This document shows, piece by piece, positions 49,498 to 59,577 of a stretch of DNA of 64,000 nucleotides. The DNA lies in the NCBI GenBank assembly GCA_900542375.1, contig UQNI01000001.1:2821-66820 (forward strand). The letters are read 5' to 3'. The notes beneath the pieces are model-generated. The model made no database searches, was not told the origin of the DNA, and saw only the letters and a list, made by a program, of their open reading frames with translations. A program made the position numbers and the translations under genes. Origin of the DNA: an uncultured Oscillospiraceae bacterium (GTDB taxonomy: Bacteria > Bacillota > Clostridia > Oscillospirales > Acutalibacteraceae). Every line of letters starts with the position of its first letter. Position 1 is the first letter of the stretch.

Positions 49498-49546
49498 AAA
49501 TTGATTATAGATATTTTGAAAGATGAGACGAAATAGGAGCTTGTTC

Positions 49547-50053
49547 ATGGTTATTTTAGGAATTGATCCCGGTTATGCAATTGTCGGTTACGGTGTGATA
49601 GAGGCAAAAAACAGCCGTTATCGTCCATTGGAGCATGGTGCGGTCACCACAAAATCAACACAAGATTTTAACGGGCGCCTGGAAGTCATCTACAATTCTA
49701 TGGAGGCTATTTTACAAAAATGGAAGCCTGATGCGGTTGCAATTGAAAAGTTATTTTTTAACAGTAACCAAAAAACGGCTATCCAAGTGGCGGAAGCAAG
49801 AGGTGTTATTTTGCTTGCGGCACAAAAAGCAGGCGTTTCGATTTCAGAATATACGCCTTTGCAAGTAAAGCAAGCTGTAACCGGTTATGGACAGGCACAA
49901 AAACCGCAAGTGATGGAAATGACAAAACGGTTGCTTTGTTTAAACCAAATGCCAAAGCTGGACGATACTTGTGATGCATTGGCAATGGCGATTTGTCATG
50001 GGCAGGCAGCTGGTTCTATGCTGCGTCGTACCATGTTGTCAGGGAGGATGTAA
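49547..50053 (+). CDS. ruvC: Holliday junction resolvase RuvC
   Basis: MVILGIDPGYAIVGYGV N-terminus. AGGAG lies 6 nt upstream. Confidence 0.93.
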   Translation: MVILGIDPGYAIVGYGVIEAKNSRYRPLEHGAVTTKSTQDFNGRLEVIYNSMEAILQKWKPDAVAIEKLFFNSNQKTAIQVAEARGVILLAAQKAGVSISEYTPLQVKQAVTGYGQAQKPQVMEMTKRLLCLNQMPKLDDTCDALAMAICHGQAAGSMLRRTMLSGRM

Positions 50054-50056
50054 TTC

Positions 50057-50659
50057 TTGTTTTATAGTTTAAAAGGAATATTAACCCATGTAGAGCCAAG
50101 CTTTTTCGTGGTGGAGTGCGGCGGTGTAGGTTACAAATGTTATACTACGCTGACCACACAGCGCAGTTTGCCGAAAATGGGTCAGGAAATAAAAGTATAT
50201 ACCTACGTACATGTTCGGGAAGATGCAATGGACATTTATGGGTTTGCAACTGTAATGGAATTAAACTGTTATAAAATGTTAACCGGCGTGAGCGGAGTAG
50301 GCCCAAAGGTGGGGCTGGCAATTTTATCAGAATTAACACCGGAACAAGTTGCAACTTCGATTGCCACAAACGACAGCAAAGCGTTAACCAGGGCAGCAGG
50401 GGTAGGTCCGAAATTGGCGCAGCGTATTGTGCTGGAATTAACGGATAAAGTAAGGAAAATGGATATAGATGATAGTGTGGTCATTCCAAAACAAGGGGTG
50501 GTATCTGCTTCTTCCAATGCAGGGGAGGCTGTGAATGCACTGACCGTTTTGGGATATTCTCCAACAGATGCAGCCGCAGTGGTGGCAAAATTCGACAGTG
50601 CTTTGCCTGTAGAGGAGTTAATCCGCTTGTCATTAAAAGCAATGGCAGGAAAGATGTAA
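50057..50659 (+). CDS. ruvA: Holliday junction branch-migration protein RuvA
   Basis: MFYSLKGIL ... HhH motifs GVSGVGPKVGLAILS and AAGVGPKLAQRIVLEL. Confidence 0.95.
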   Translation: MFYSLKGILTHVEPSFFVVECGGVGYKCYTTLTTQRSLPKMGQEIKVYTYVHVREDAMDIYGFATVMELNCYKMLTGVSGVGPKVGLAILSELTPEQVATSIATNDSKALTRAAGVGPKLAQRIVLELTDKVRKMDIDDSVVIPKQGVVSASSNAGEAVNALTVLGYSPTDAAAVVAKFDSALPVEELIRLSLKAMAGKM

Positions 50660-50682
50660 TGCCTGAATAGGGAGATGAGAAT

Positions 50683-51759
50683 TTGAATTACGATTTTACG
50701 GAAAACAGCGAGTACGATTTTGAAAATCGTATGGTTGCGCCGGAATATACGCCGGAAGATGCGGAAGTGGAAAATCCTCTGCGTCCCAAACGTTTAACTG
50801 AATATATCGGCCAAGAGAAAGTAAAAGAAAATCTCTCTGTTTTTATTGAGGCGGCGCGTCTTAGAAAGGAATCTCTTGACCACGTATTGCTTTACGGACC
50901 GCCGGGTTTGGGTAAAACTACACTTGCAGGCGTCATTGCAAATGAAATGAATGTCAATGTCCGCATTACTTCAGGCCCTGCCATTGAAAAACCCGGGGAT
51001 TTAGCGGCATTGCTTACCAATTTAAATGAGGGCGATGTATTGTTTATCGACGAAATTCATCGCCTTTCCCGCAGCGTAGAAGAAATTTTGTATCCTGCAA
51101 TGGAAGACTTTGCACTGGATATTATTACAGGAAAAGGTCAAATGGCAGCTTCTTATCATTTGCCTCTGCCTAAGTTTACGCTTGTCGGTGCAACCACTCG
51201 AGCAGGACAGTTAAGTGCCCCGTTAAGAGACCGCTTCGGTGTTGTGCTTCGTTTGGAGATGTATACACCGCAGCAGCTTGCGGAAATTGTTACCCGCAGC
51301 GCACAGATTTTAGGAATCCCCATTGAGGCAGACGGAGCATTGGAGATTGCTTCCCGTTCCAGAGGAACGCCGCGTATTGCAAACCGCATGTTAAAGCGTG
51401 TGCGGGACTTTGCGCAGATTATCAGTGACGGCGTCATTACATATCAGTCCGCTAAAATTGGTTTGGACCGTCTGGAAGTAGATGAAATCGGTTTGGATGC
51501 CAATGACAGAAGAATGCTGAAAACATTGATACAGTTTTATAACGGCGGTCCTGTGGGAATTGAAACATTGGCGGCTGCCATCGGCGAAGAGGCTGTCACA
51601 CTGGAAGACGTATATGAGCCGTATTTGATGCAAATTGGATTTTTGAGCAGAACCCCAAGAGGAAGATGCGCAACCCATGCCGCATATTTGCATTTGGGAT
51701 TGAAGCCTCCCGCACAAGCGGAAAAGGAAACCATGCAGCAAAAAATAGACGGAATCTAA
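50683..51759 (+). CDS. ruvB: Holliday junction DNA helicase RuvB
   Basis: [18 protein letters not shown], Walker [16 protein letters not shown]. Confidence 0.97.
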   Translation: MNYDFTENSEYDFENRMVAPEYTPEDAEVENPLRPKRLTEYIGQEKVKENLSVFIEAARLRKESLDHVLLYGPPGLGKTTLAGVIANEMNVNVRITSGPAIEKPGDLAALLTNLNEGDVLFIDEIHRLSRSVEEILYPAMEDFALDIITGKGQMAASYHLPLPKFTLVGATTRAGQLSAPLRDRFGVVLRLEMYTPQQLAEIVTRSAQILGIPIEADGALEIASRSRGTPRIANRMLKRVRDFAQIISDGVITYQSAKIGLDRLEVDEIGLDANDRRMLKTLIQFYNGGPVGIETLAAAIGEEAVTLEDVYEPYLMQIGFLSRTPRGRCATHAAYLHLGLKPPAQAEKETMQQKIDGI

Positions 51760-51827
51760 CATAAACACAATGTATTTTCATAGATATAGTAATCCATAGA
51801 AAAATGGAGTTATAGGAGAGATCTTAT

Positions 51828-53177
51828 ATGGGTAGATTATTTGGAACCGATGGCGCCAGAGGTGTGGCCAATGCGGAATTGACTTGTGAAATGGCTATGA
51901 ATATTGGCCGTGCCGCAGCAATGGTTTTAACAAACGATAGCAGAATGAGACCGAAAATTTTAATAGGCAAAGATACCAGAATTTCTTCTGATATGCTGGA
52001 GAACGCACTGGCAGCAGGTTTATGCTCTGTTGGTGCGGATGTTGTAACACTTGGTGTGGTTCCTACACCGGCTGTTGCCTTTTTAATTGGAAAGTTAAAA
52101 GCAGATGCGGGCATTATGATTTCTGCATCTCATAATCCATGCGAGTTTAACGGCATTAAAATTTTCAGCGGGGACGGCTTTAAACTGCCCGATGCGCTGG
52201 AGGAACAAATTGAAGCCATCGTGTTGGATCATATTGATACGTATGATTGTCCCACAGGCGGCGGAGTTGGCAGCATTACCCGTGAAGAGGATGCGGTAGA
52301 CCTTTATATTCAACATATCAAAAGTACGGTTCCGTATGCGTTGGACGGAATGAAAATTGCTTTGGACTGTGCCAACGGTTCTGCTTCCAGAACGGCAGAA
52401 CGTCTTTATACAGAATTGGGTGCCGAATGTTATATGCTTCATGATAAGCCAAACGGAACCAATATCAATGACAAATGCGGGTCTACTCATATGGAGAGCT
52501 TAAAGCAATTTGTATTGGATAACGGACTGGACGCAGGCATTGCATTTGACGGCGACGCCGACCGCTGTTTGGCTGTAGATGAAAAAGGTCAATTGGTTGA
52601 TGGAGATTTCGTCATGGCAATTTGTGCGGCAGATTTAAAATCCCGAGGAAAATTGGCTCATAATGCCGTTGTGGGAACGGTCATGAGTAATATGGGATTT
52701 ATCCGTTTTTGTGAAGAAAACGGTATGCGTTTTGAAGCAGCCAAAGTTGGAGACCGTTATGTGTTGGAAACCATGCGCCAGAACGATTATAATTTTGGCG
52801 GAGAGCAAAGCGGCCATGTCATCTTCTTAGATTTTGGCACCACCGGCGACGGACAGCTGACAGGCGCACATCTGCTTAGTTTGGTGCATCGCAGAGAAGC
52901 GAAATTGTCCAGCCTTGCTACTTTGATGACACGTTTCCCGCAGGTTCTTGTAAATGTGGAAGTATCCAATGAAGGAAAACTCCGTTTTTATACAGACAGA
53001 AAAATCAAAGAGGCTACACAAAGAGTACAAAATCAATTGGGAAGAAAAGGACGTATTTTGGTGCGTCCAAGTGGAACCGAGCCATTGCTTCGCGTCATGG
53101 TAGAAGGTGAAAGTGAGGCAGAAATTCAGGAATTGGCAAATTATGTTGCTGATGTCATTCGTGAGCAATTGGTATAA
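51828..53177 (+). CDS. glmM: Phosphoglucosamine mutase
   Basis: LFGTDGARG, active-site ISASHNP, GEQSGH. Confidence 0.97.
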   Translation: MGRLFGTDGARGVANAELTCEMAMNIGRAAAMVLTNDSRMRPKILIGKDTRISSDMLENALAAGLCSVGADVVTLGVVPTPAVAFLIGKLKADAGIMISASHNPCEFNGIKIFSGDGFKLPDALEEQIEAIVLDHIDTYDCPTGGGVGSITREEDAVDLYIQHIKSTVPYALDGMKIALDCANGSASRTAERLYTELGAECYMLHDKPNGTNINDKCGSTHMESLKQFVLDNGLDAGIAFDGDADRCLAVDEKGQLVDGDFVMAICAADLKSRGKLAHNAVVGTVMSNMGFIRFCEENGMRFEAAKVGDRYVLETMRQNDYNFGGEQSGHVIFLDFGTTGDGQLTGAHLLSLVHRREAKLSSLATLMTRFPQVLVNVEVSNEGKLRFYTDRKIKEATQRVQNQLGRKGRILVRPSGTEPLLRVMVEGESEAEIQELANYVADVIREQLV

Positions 53178-53197
53178 ACAGAAAGGACGTTACACAC

Positions 53198-54061
53198 TTG
53201 AGAATTGCAGATTGGAACGATTATGAATTAATAGATACCTCCGCAGGAGAGCGTCTGGAGCGTTGGGGCGATGTTATTTTAATTCGTCCCGACCCTCAGA
53301 TTATTTGGAATACTCCAAAAACAAATCCGTTGTGGAGAAAAGCGCATGCAAGGTATCACCGTTCCAATACCGGCGGCGGTCATTGGCAGGAACATCAAAA
53401 AATGCCTGCTGTGTGGAGTATCCGTTATAAAGATATGACGTTTAACCTAAAACCAATGGGGTTTAAGCATACGGGTATCTTCCCGGAACAGGCCGTAAAC
53501 TGGGATTTTGCCATGAATAAAATCAAAGAGGCCAAACGTCCTGTAAAAGTGCTGAATTTGTTCGGTTATACAGGAGCTGCTTCTTTGGCATGTGCCGGTG
53601 CAGGTGCAGAGGTTTGTCATGTGGACGCTTCTAAGGGTATGGTTGCTTGGGCAAAAGAAAATGCCGTCTCAAGCGGACTTGCAGACAAACCGATTCGCTG
53701 GCTGGTAGATGACTGTGTGAAGTTTGTACAAAGGGAACAGCGCCGCGGCAATACGTACGACGGTATTATTATGGACCCGCCGTCTTACGGAAGAGGACCG
53801 GGAGGCGAAGTGTGGAAACTGGAAGAACAGCTTTACCATTTGGTGGAGTTATGTCTGCCGATTTTATCCAAACAACCTTTATTTTTTATATTAAATTCTT
53901 ATACAACAGGGCTATCCCCTGCTGTGATGGAATATCTTCTTGGAGTTATGTTAAAGAAACCGTTTGGCGGTACCGTATCGTCAAGCGAAATCGGATTGCC
54001 CGTAACCTCCTCAGGTTTTGTACTTCCCTGCGGTTCTACCGCAATTTGGCAATCCAAATAA
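53198..54061 (+). CDS. Class I SAM-dependent methyltransferase (RlmI/RlmK catalytic-domain-like)
   Basis: VLNLFGYTGAASLACAGAGAEVCHVDAS and IIMDPPSYG motifs. Confidence 0.8.
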   Translation: MRIADWNDYELIDTSAGERLERWGDVILIRPDPQIIWNTPKTNPLWRKAHARYHRSNTGGGHWQEHQKMPAVWSIRYKDMTFNLKPMGFKHTGIFPEQAVNWDFAMNKIKEAKRPVKVLNLFGYTGAASLACAGAGAEVCHVDASKGMVAWAKENAVSSGLADKPIRWLVDDCVKFVQREQRRGNTYDGIIMDPPSYGRGPGGEVWKLEEQLYHLVELCLPILSKQPLFFILNSYTTGLSPAVMEYLLGVMLKKPFGGTVSSSEIGLPVTSSGFVLPCGSTAIWQSK

Positions 54062-54086
54062 CCATTGCATATAGAAAGGAAACCAT

Positions 54087-54938
54087 ATGGACTATTTACA
54101 AACACAGGACGTTAGATTCTCTTATGATGAAGATGAAAGCGGAATCGTGGAAGTCTTAAAAGGCGTTACTTTAGGTATCCAAAAGGGTGACTTTGTTTCA
54201 TTGTTGGGCCATAATGGTTCCGGTAAATCGACCCTTGCAAAACATTTTAACGCAATTTTACTGCCAAGCGGCGGCAAAGTATATGTGGATACCATGGATA
54301 CCACAGATGACAGTCTCAAATTTGAAATCAGAAAACGTGTCGGTTTGATTCTGCAAAATCCCGATAATCAATTGGTTGCCAGTATTGTAGAAGAAGACAT
54401 TGCCTTTGGACCTGAAAATTTGGGAGTTCCTCCTGCGGAAATTCGTCAAAGAGTAGACGATGCGCTAAAAGCGGTAGACATGTATGAGTATCGTGAACAT
54501 GCGCCGCACAAATTATCAGGCGGACAAAAACAAAGGGTTGCCATTGCAGGTATCATTGCAATGGAACCTTCCACCATTGTTTTGGACGAGCCTACTGCTA
54601 TGCTTGACCCGAGAGGTCGCCAAGAAGTTATGGATACCATAACAAAGCTGAACAGGGAAAAAGGCATCACGATTGTGTTGATTACCCACTATATGGACGA
54701 GGCAATTGCTGCGAACCGTGTAGTGGTTATGGATAAAGGCAATATTTTAATGGACGGCACACCGAAGGAAATTTTTTCTCAGGTAGATTTATTAAAGGAA
54801 CATCACTTGGATGTACCCCAATCTACAGAACTGATTCATCGTTTGAAAGAGGCAGGCTGTATGAGACTGCCAAACGGTGTATTAACGGAAGATGAGTGTG
54901 TTGCCGCGTTGGAATTACTGTTAAAGGAGAAAGCGTAA
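54087..54938 (+). CDS. ecfA1: ECF transporter ATPase EcfA1
   Basis: Walker [23 protein letters not shown]. Followed by ecfA2 and ecfT. Confidence 0.93.
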   Translation: MDYLQTQDVRFSYDEDESGIVEVLKGVTLGIQKGDFVSLLGHNGSGKSTLAKHFNAILLPSGGKVYVDTMDTTDDSLKFEIRKRVGLILQNPDNQLVASIVEEDIAFGPENLGVPPAEIRQRVDDALKAVDMYEYREHAPHKLSGGQKQRVAIAGIIAMEPSTIVLDEPTAMLDPRGRQEVMDTITKLNREKGITIVLITHYMDEAIAANRVVVMDKGNILMDGTPKEIFSQVDLLKEHHLDVPQSTELIHRLKEAGCMRLPNGVLTEDECVAALELLLKEKA

Positions 54939-54942
54939 GCCG

Positions 54943-55809
54943 ATGAATGTAATAGAAACAAAAAATCTTACGTATACTTACGGCGCCGGAACGCCATTTA
55001 GTAAAACGGCAATCGAAGATGTAAACATCGCAATTAAAAAAGGCGAATTCATTGGCTTAATCGGTCATACAGGTTCCGGTAAATCCACACTGATACAGCA
55101 GCTGAACGGATTGCTCAGACCAACGTCAGGCACTGTGTTGTTAAACGGAAAAGATATTTGGGAAAAAAAGAAAGAAATTCGCAAAGTACGCTTTCAGGTT
55201 GGCATGGTATTTCAATATCCGGAATATCAGTTGTTTGAAGATACTGTAATCAAAGATATTGGATTTGGTCCCAGAAATATGGGACTTTCACAGGATGAAG
55301 TCAATCAGCGTGTGATGCAGGCTGTGGATTTCGTGGGTTTGGACCACGCGTTGCTGGAAAAATCTCCGTTTGATTTGTCCGGCGGTGAAAAACGCCGTGC
55401 GGCCATTGCAGGCGTGATAGCCATGGATCCCGATGTTTTGGTTCTGGACGAGCCTACGGCAGGACTGGACCCACAAGGCAGAGACCATTTGCTCAGTCAA
55501 ATAAAAGCGTATCATAAACAACGGCAAAATACGGTCATTCTGGTATCTCACAGTATGGAAGATATTGCGCGGGTAGCCGACCGTGTTTTGGTAATGAATG
55601 AAAGCAAAGTCTTTTTGTTTGACGAAACCGCAAAGGTATTTTCTCACGCGAAAGAGCTGGAGCAAATCGGTTTGCGTGTGCCGCAGGTTACAAAAATCAT
55701 GATGAAACTGCATGAAAACGGGTACCCTGTGGACCCTGCTGTGTTTACACTGGAGCAGGCAGTAAAAGAAATTTTGCCACTTGTGCAGAGAGGAGCCGCC
55801 AATGATTAA
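54943..55809 (+). CDS. ecfA2: ECF transporter ATPase EcfA2
   Basis: Walker A GHTGSGKST, LSGGEKRRAAIAG. Confidence 0.93.
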   Translation: MNVIETKNLTYTYGAGTPFSKTAIEDVNIAIKKGEFIGLIGHTGSGKSTLIQQLNGLLRPTSGTVLLNGKDIWEKKKEIRKVRFQVGMVFQYPEYQLFEDTVIKDIGFGPRNMGLSQDEVNQRVMQAVDFVGLDHALLEKSPFDLSGGEKRRAAIAGVIAMDPDVLVLDEPTAGLDPQGRDHLLSQIKAYHKQRQNTVILVSHSMEDIARVADRVLVMNESKVFLFDETAKVFSHAKELEQIGLRVPQVTKIMMKLHENGYPVDPAVFTLEQAVKEILPLVQRGAAND

Positions 55810-56620
55810 GGACGTTACATTAGGCCAGTATTTTCCGGGTAAGTCTATTATCCATAAACTGGACCCAAGAGTAAAAGTTCTATTAACATTAGTTAATATT
55901 GTTTTTATATTTATAGCAGGCAATTTTTCAAGTTTAGGATTGATGACGGTATTTACATTGGTGGCAATGCTGCTGTCAGGCGTACCGTTTACCAGATATA
56001 TACGAAGTATCCGCGGTGTATTGTTCATTGTACTGTTTACCTCTATATTGAACTTGTTTTACGGCGGAGGAACCGTACTGGTACAATGGGGCTTTATACA
56101 AATTACAACGGGCGGTATCCGCAATGCTATCTTTATTGCAGTTCGTATTGTGGTGCTCATTCTGATGAGTTCTATTTTAACGTATACCACATCTCCGACT
56201 CAGTTGACCGACGCGCTGGAACGACTGATGAAGCCGCTGAAGATTTTCCGCATCAAAGTACATGAAATCGCCATGATGATGACCATTGCATTACGGTTTG
56301 TCCCTACTTTGCTGGAGGAAACCGATAAAATTATGAGCGCGCAAAAGGCAAGAGGAGCCGATTTGGAAAGCGGAGGTATTATCTCTCGTGTTAAGGCTTT
56401 GATTCCTGTGTTGATACCGTTGTTTGTATCTTCTTTCCGCCGTGCGTATGATTTGGCAATGGCTATGGAATGCAGATGCTATAATGGTGGTAAGGGCAGA
56501 ACGAAGATGAAAATTTTGCATATCACCGCAAAAGATGTTGTAACTTCTTTGATTACGGTAGCAGTTTGTGCAGGCGTTGTACTGCTCAATTTATTTGTAG
56601 TAGAAAACTTTTTGATATAA
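55802..56620 (+). CDS. ecfT: ECF transporter transmembrane component EcfT
   Basis: LGQYFPGKSIIHKLDPRVK N-terminus and conserved ARGAD motif. Overlaps the ecfA2 stop. Confidence 0.92.
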   Translation: MIKDVTLGQYFPGKSIIHKLDPRVKVLLTLVNIVFIFIAGNFSSLGLMTVFTLVAMLLSGVPFTRYIRSIRGVLFIVLFTSILNLFYGGGTVLVQWGFIQITTGGIRNAIFIAVRIVVLILMSSILTYTTSPTQLTDALERLMKPLKIFRIKVHEIAMMMTIALRFVPTLLEETDKIMSAQKARGADLESGGIISRVKALIPVLIPLFVSSFRRAYDLAMAMECRCYNGGKGRTKMKILHITAKDVVTSLITVAVCAGVVLLNLFVVENFLI

Positions 56621-56635
56621 AGGATATATCCATAT

Positions 56636-57373
56636 ATGAGGAATTTGCTTTTGAAAATTTCATATGACGGCAAATATTATCACGGTTGGCAGATACAACA
56701 AAATGCTGTTACGGTACAGGAGGTATTTCAGGATGCCTTAAAAAATATTCTGGGTATACAACCGGATTTGAAAGGCTGCAGCAGAACAGATTCGGGTGTA
56801 CATGCATATGAGTATTGTATCAGTATGAAACTGGAGCACAGTATTCCGGAACAAAGGCTGGTAGCAGCGCTGAATCACTTTCTGCCGCCCAACATTGCAG
56901 TACATAGCTGTGAGCAAGTAGATGATAATTTTCACGCAAGATACTCCTGCAAAGGAAAAGAATATGTTTATAAGATGTGGAATCATCCCATCAGAGACCC
57001 TTTTTTGGATGGCTATGCCCATCATTATTGGTATGCTCTGGATGAAAAACAGCTGAATGAAGCTGCAAAACATTATATTGGTTCCCATGATTTTACGTCT
57101 TTTTGTACGTTAGACCAACGCAAAATGGGCGATATGGTACGAACCGTAACAGAGGCAAAGGTAGAAAGAGCAGGTGATATGGTACTGTTTACCGTATCTG
57201 CGGATGGATTCCTTTATAATATGGTACGTATTATGGTTGGAACTTTGCTCAGAGTAGCGCAAGGAAAATTTCAGCCGGAAGATATTCCTCATATTTTGGA
57301 AGCAAAAAACAGAAAAATGGCGGGACCGACAGCACCCCCATGCGGATTGTATTTAAACCGTGTGTTTTATTAA
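56636..57373 (+). CDS. truA: tRNA pseudouridine(38-40) synthase TruA
   Basis: ISYDGKYYHGWQIQ, catalytic SRTDSGVHA. Confidence 0.95.
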   Translation: MRNLLLKISYDGKYYHGWQIQQNAVTVQEVFQDALKNILGIQPDLKGCSRTDSGVHAYEYCISMKLEHSIPEQRLVAALNHFLPPNIAVHSCEQVDDNFHARYSCKGKEYVYKMWNHPIRDPFLDGYAHHYWYALDEKQLNEAAKHYIGSHDFTSFCTLDQRKMGDMVRTVTEAKVERAGDMVLFTVSADGFLYNMVRIMVGTLLRVAQGKFQPEDIPHILEAKNRKMAGPTAPPCGLYLNRVFY

Positions 57374-57424
57374 CAGACAGAGTGGGACAGCAAGAAAACT
57401 TTGAGATTTTAAGAAAGGTGTTAT

Positions 57425-58723
57425 ATGGCAATGGATGAAAATAAAAAAAATAACAAAGGTCAATTTTTAGATAATTTTGCCGGAAAAACGAATTTGCCCA
57501 GTGCAGACCAAGTCGAAAAATCTCAAGAAGAACCGGTAATTTCTCCTGACCGCAAAAAAAATGCACCAAAACGTATGAAGAAAAAAACACCGCTTTCCAA
57601 GTTACCAAAGTGGGTTTATGCTATCATAGCAGTATTGCTTGCTGTGGTTTTGGGTCTGTTTATCTGGTTCAGTGTAGACAGTTCTTCCGGAATTGGTCAA
57701 TGGTTTCGGAGCATTACCGTAGGAAGCGGACAAGGGGACGGATATCCAACATCTATTGTAGGAAGTTCTGTCAATCGCGGTAATTTCATGACGTTGGATA
57801 AAAATGTGGTTACTGTAAGTGACACTGCCTTAACGGTTATGAACAGCAGTGCCAATCAATCTATCAACCGTCAGCATAGTTTTAACAGCCCTGTTTTGCA
57901 GGCGACAAGCGGAAAATATCTCATTTATAATTTGGGAGGAAACGGATTTAAAATAGAAGGCAGCTCGGATACGATATATTCCGGCAATACCAGTAATAAT
58001 ATTATAGCAGGCGATATCGCAGGAAGCGGACGATATGCGTTGGTGACCGAAACACAAGGATACCCGTCTTCCTTATCCGTATACTTAACCGATAATACTG
58101 TGCAGTATAAATATGATTTTTCTGAATATTATGTAACGGATATTTCGTTGAACAGCGACGGTACCAGAGCAGCGGTTTCCGGTATCACAGCAAAAGACGG
58201 CGGTATTGTTTCCGCAGTTTATATCTTTGACTTTTCCAATCCTGAACCGATATCCATATTAACATATAATGAAGTGTTAATGGAAAAAGTAGAGTATATG
58301 GATAACGGTACGGTTGCTGCAATTGGAGACACCACTACCAGTATGATTAACGGTACTACAGGTGAAAAGGTAGATTACAACTATCAGTCCCGCCAAATGA
58401 CAGATTATGCAATTGATAAAAATAGGGTGGCATTGGCACTGACTCCTTATGATAACCAATCTGCAAGCAAATTGGTTATTTTAGACAGCAGCGCTTCGGA
58501 AAAGTGTGTCATAGAAAGTCAAGATAAAATTGATGCGGTTTCCTTGTATGGAGATACAGCTGCAATTTTGACCGACAGTACCATAACAGGTTACTCAGCC
58601 AGCAGCGGTAATTCCTTCAGCACAGCAGAGGCCGGCTCAGATGCAAGAGGCATTGCTTTGGCGGATGAAGCTACCGTTTATGTTCTGGGTGTCAGCCAAA
58701 TCCGTCAGGCAAGATTTTCATAG
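57425..58723 (+). CDS. Membrane-anchored hypothetical protein with a repeat-rich extracytoplasmic domain (DUF5711-like)
   Basis: Charged N-terminus, single TM helix (WVYAIIAVLLAVVLGLFIWF), then a ~330-aa beta-rich domain. The family name comes from memory only. Confidence 0.6.
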   Translation: MAMDENKKNNKGQFLDNFAGKTNLPSADQVEKSQEEPVISPDRKKNAPKRMKKKTPLSKLPKWVYAIIAVLLAVVLGLFIWFSVDSSSGIGQWFRSITVGSGQGDGYPTSIVGSSVNRGNFMTLDKNVVTVSDTALTVMNSSANQSINRQHSFNSPVLQATSGKYLIYNLGGNGFKIEGSSDTIYSGNTSNNIIAGDIAGSGRYALVTETQGYPSSLSVYLTDNTVQYKYDFSEYYVTDISLNSDGTRAAVSGITAKDGGIVSAVYIFDFSNPEPISILTYNEVLMEKVEYMDNGTVAAIGDTTTSMINGTTGEKVDYNYQSRQMTDYAIDKNRVALALTPYDNQSASKLVILDSSASEKCVIESQDKIDAVSLYGDTAAILTDSTITGYSASSGNSFSTAEAGSDARGIALADEATVYVLGVSQIRQARFS

Positions 58724-58789
58724 GCGCAACCCTTGTGAAGTAATGCAAATTGTGTTATATTAACAGGGTAACAAACCAGGAGGTTATAC

Positions 58790-59485
58790 ATGGGTATCCT
58801 ATTGGATATTGGCTTTGTCATTATCATCTTACTTTGTGTCGTTTTCGGCTATAAGAAAGGATTTTTTAAAAGCATTGCCGGTTTTATCGGTGCAGTCATT
58901 GCCATGTTTTTGGCTTGGGTGTTGGCAGGTTTAATTGCAAATGCCCTGTACCAAGGTGTTTTTAGAGAAAAACTGATTGATAATATTTCATCAGTCCTTT
59001 CGAATGATGCGTTGGCATCTTTCCCGGAGAAGGCTGCACAGGTGGTAGCAAATTTACCGGGTTTTTTAAGTAATACACTGAACAATCAGGGAATTACTTC
59101 GTCACAAATTGAACAAAGTTTACAGGCAGCAGGAAGCAATGCGGCGCCTGCAACAGCAGATTTGATTTCTCCTGCTGTTATATGGCTGCTGCAATTGTTG
59201 CTAACTGTCATTTTATTCTTTATTTTGGTGATATTGGTACGCTTAGTAATAAAATTAATCGGCAATGTATTTCGTTTGCCGATTTTGCGTCAGGTAGACG
59301 GTATACTGGGCGGTTTATTTGGTATATTTAAAGGTGTTGTTTATATCTTCTTGGCATGTATTTTGTTACAACTGTTGATGCCTGTGATAGGCAACAGTTC
59401 AGAACCCATGAAACAAGTATTGGATAACTCCTTTATTTATCAATTTATTTTTTATAATAATCCTATTACTTCGTGGTTTATATAA
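58790..59485 (+). CDS. cvpA: CvpA-family membrane protein
   Basis: DIGFVIIILLCVVFGYKKGFFKSI N-terminus and 4 TM helices. Confidence 0.8.
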   Translation: MGILLDIGFVIIILLCVVFGYKKGFFKSIAGFIGAVIAMFLAWVLAGLIANALYQGVFREKLIDNISSVLSNDALASFPEKAAQVVANLPGFLSNTLNNQGITSSQIEQSLQAAGSNAAPATADLISPAVIWLLQLLLTVILFFILVILVRLVIKLIGNVFRLPILRQVDGILGGLFGIFKGVVYIFLACILLQLLMPVIGNSSEPMKQVLDNSFIYQFIFYNNPITSWFI

Positions 59486-59577
59486 TTGCGAACTTACCGA
59501 TTGGTTAGAACTGTCCTAATTTAACCGCAGGGCAGGGTGAAAAATCCGTTGCGGTAGCGGAGAAGAGAAAAATTTCT

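Noticed and set aside
49158-49500. The repeat array read as a CRISPR array, or the conserved AGAACGTTTTAAC read as a LexA (Cheo) box
   Set aside because: The units are contiguous 100-bp repeats with no unique spacers, and no cas genes are nearby. GAAC-GTTT-TAAC does not have the GTTC second half-site of GAAC-N4-GTTC.
55288-56028. 246-aa ORF on the minus strand
   Set aside because: It is entirely antisense to the well-supported ecfA2/ecfT genes. It has no RBS, and its composition (rich in F, H, R, C, Q) is typical of the reverse frame of a real gene.
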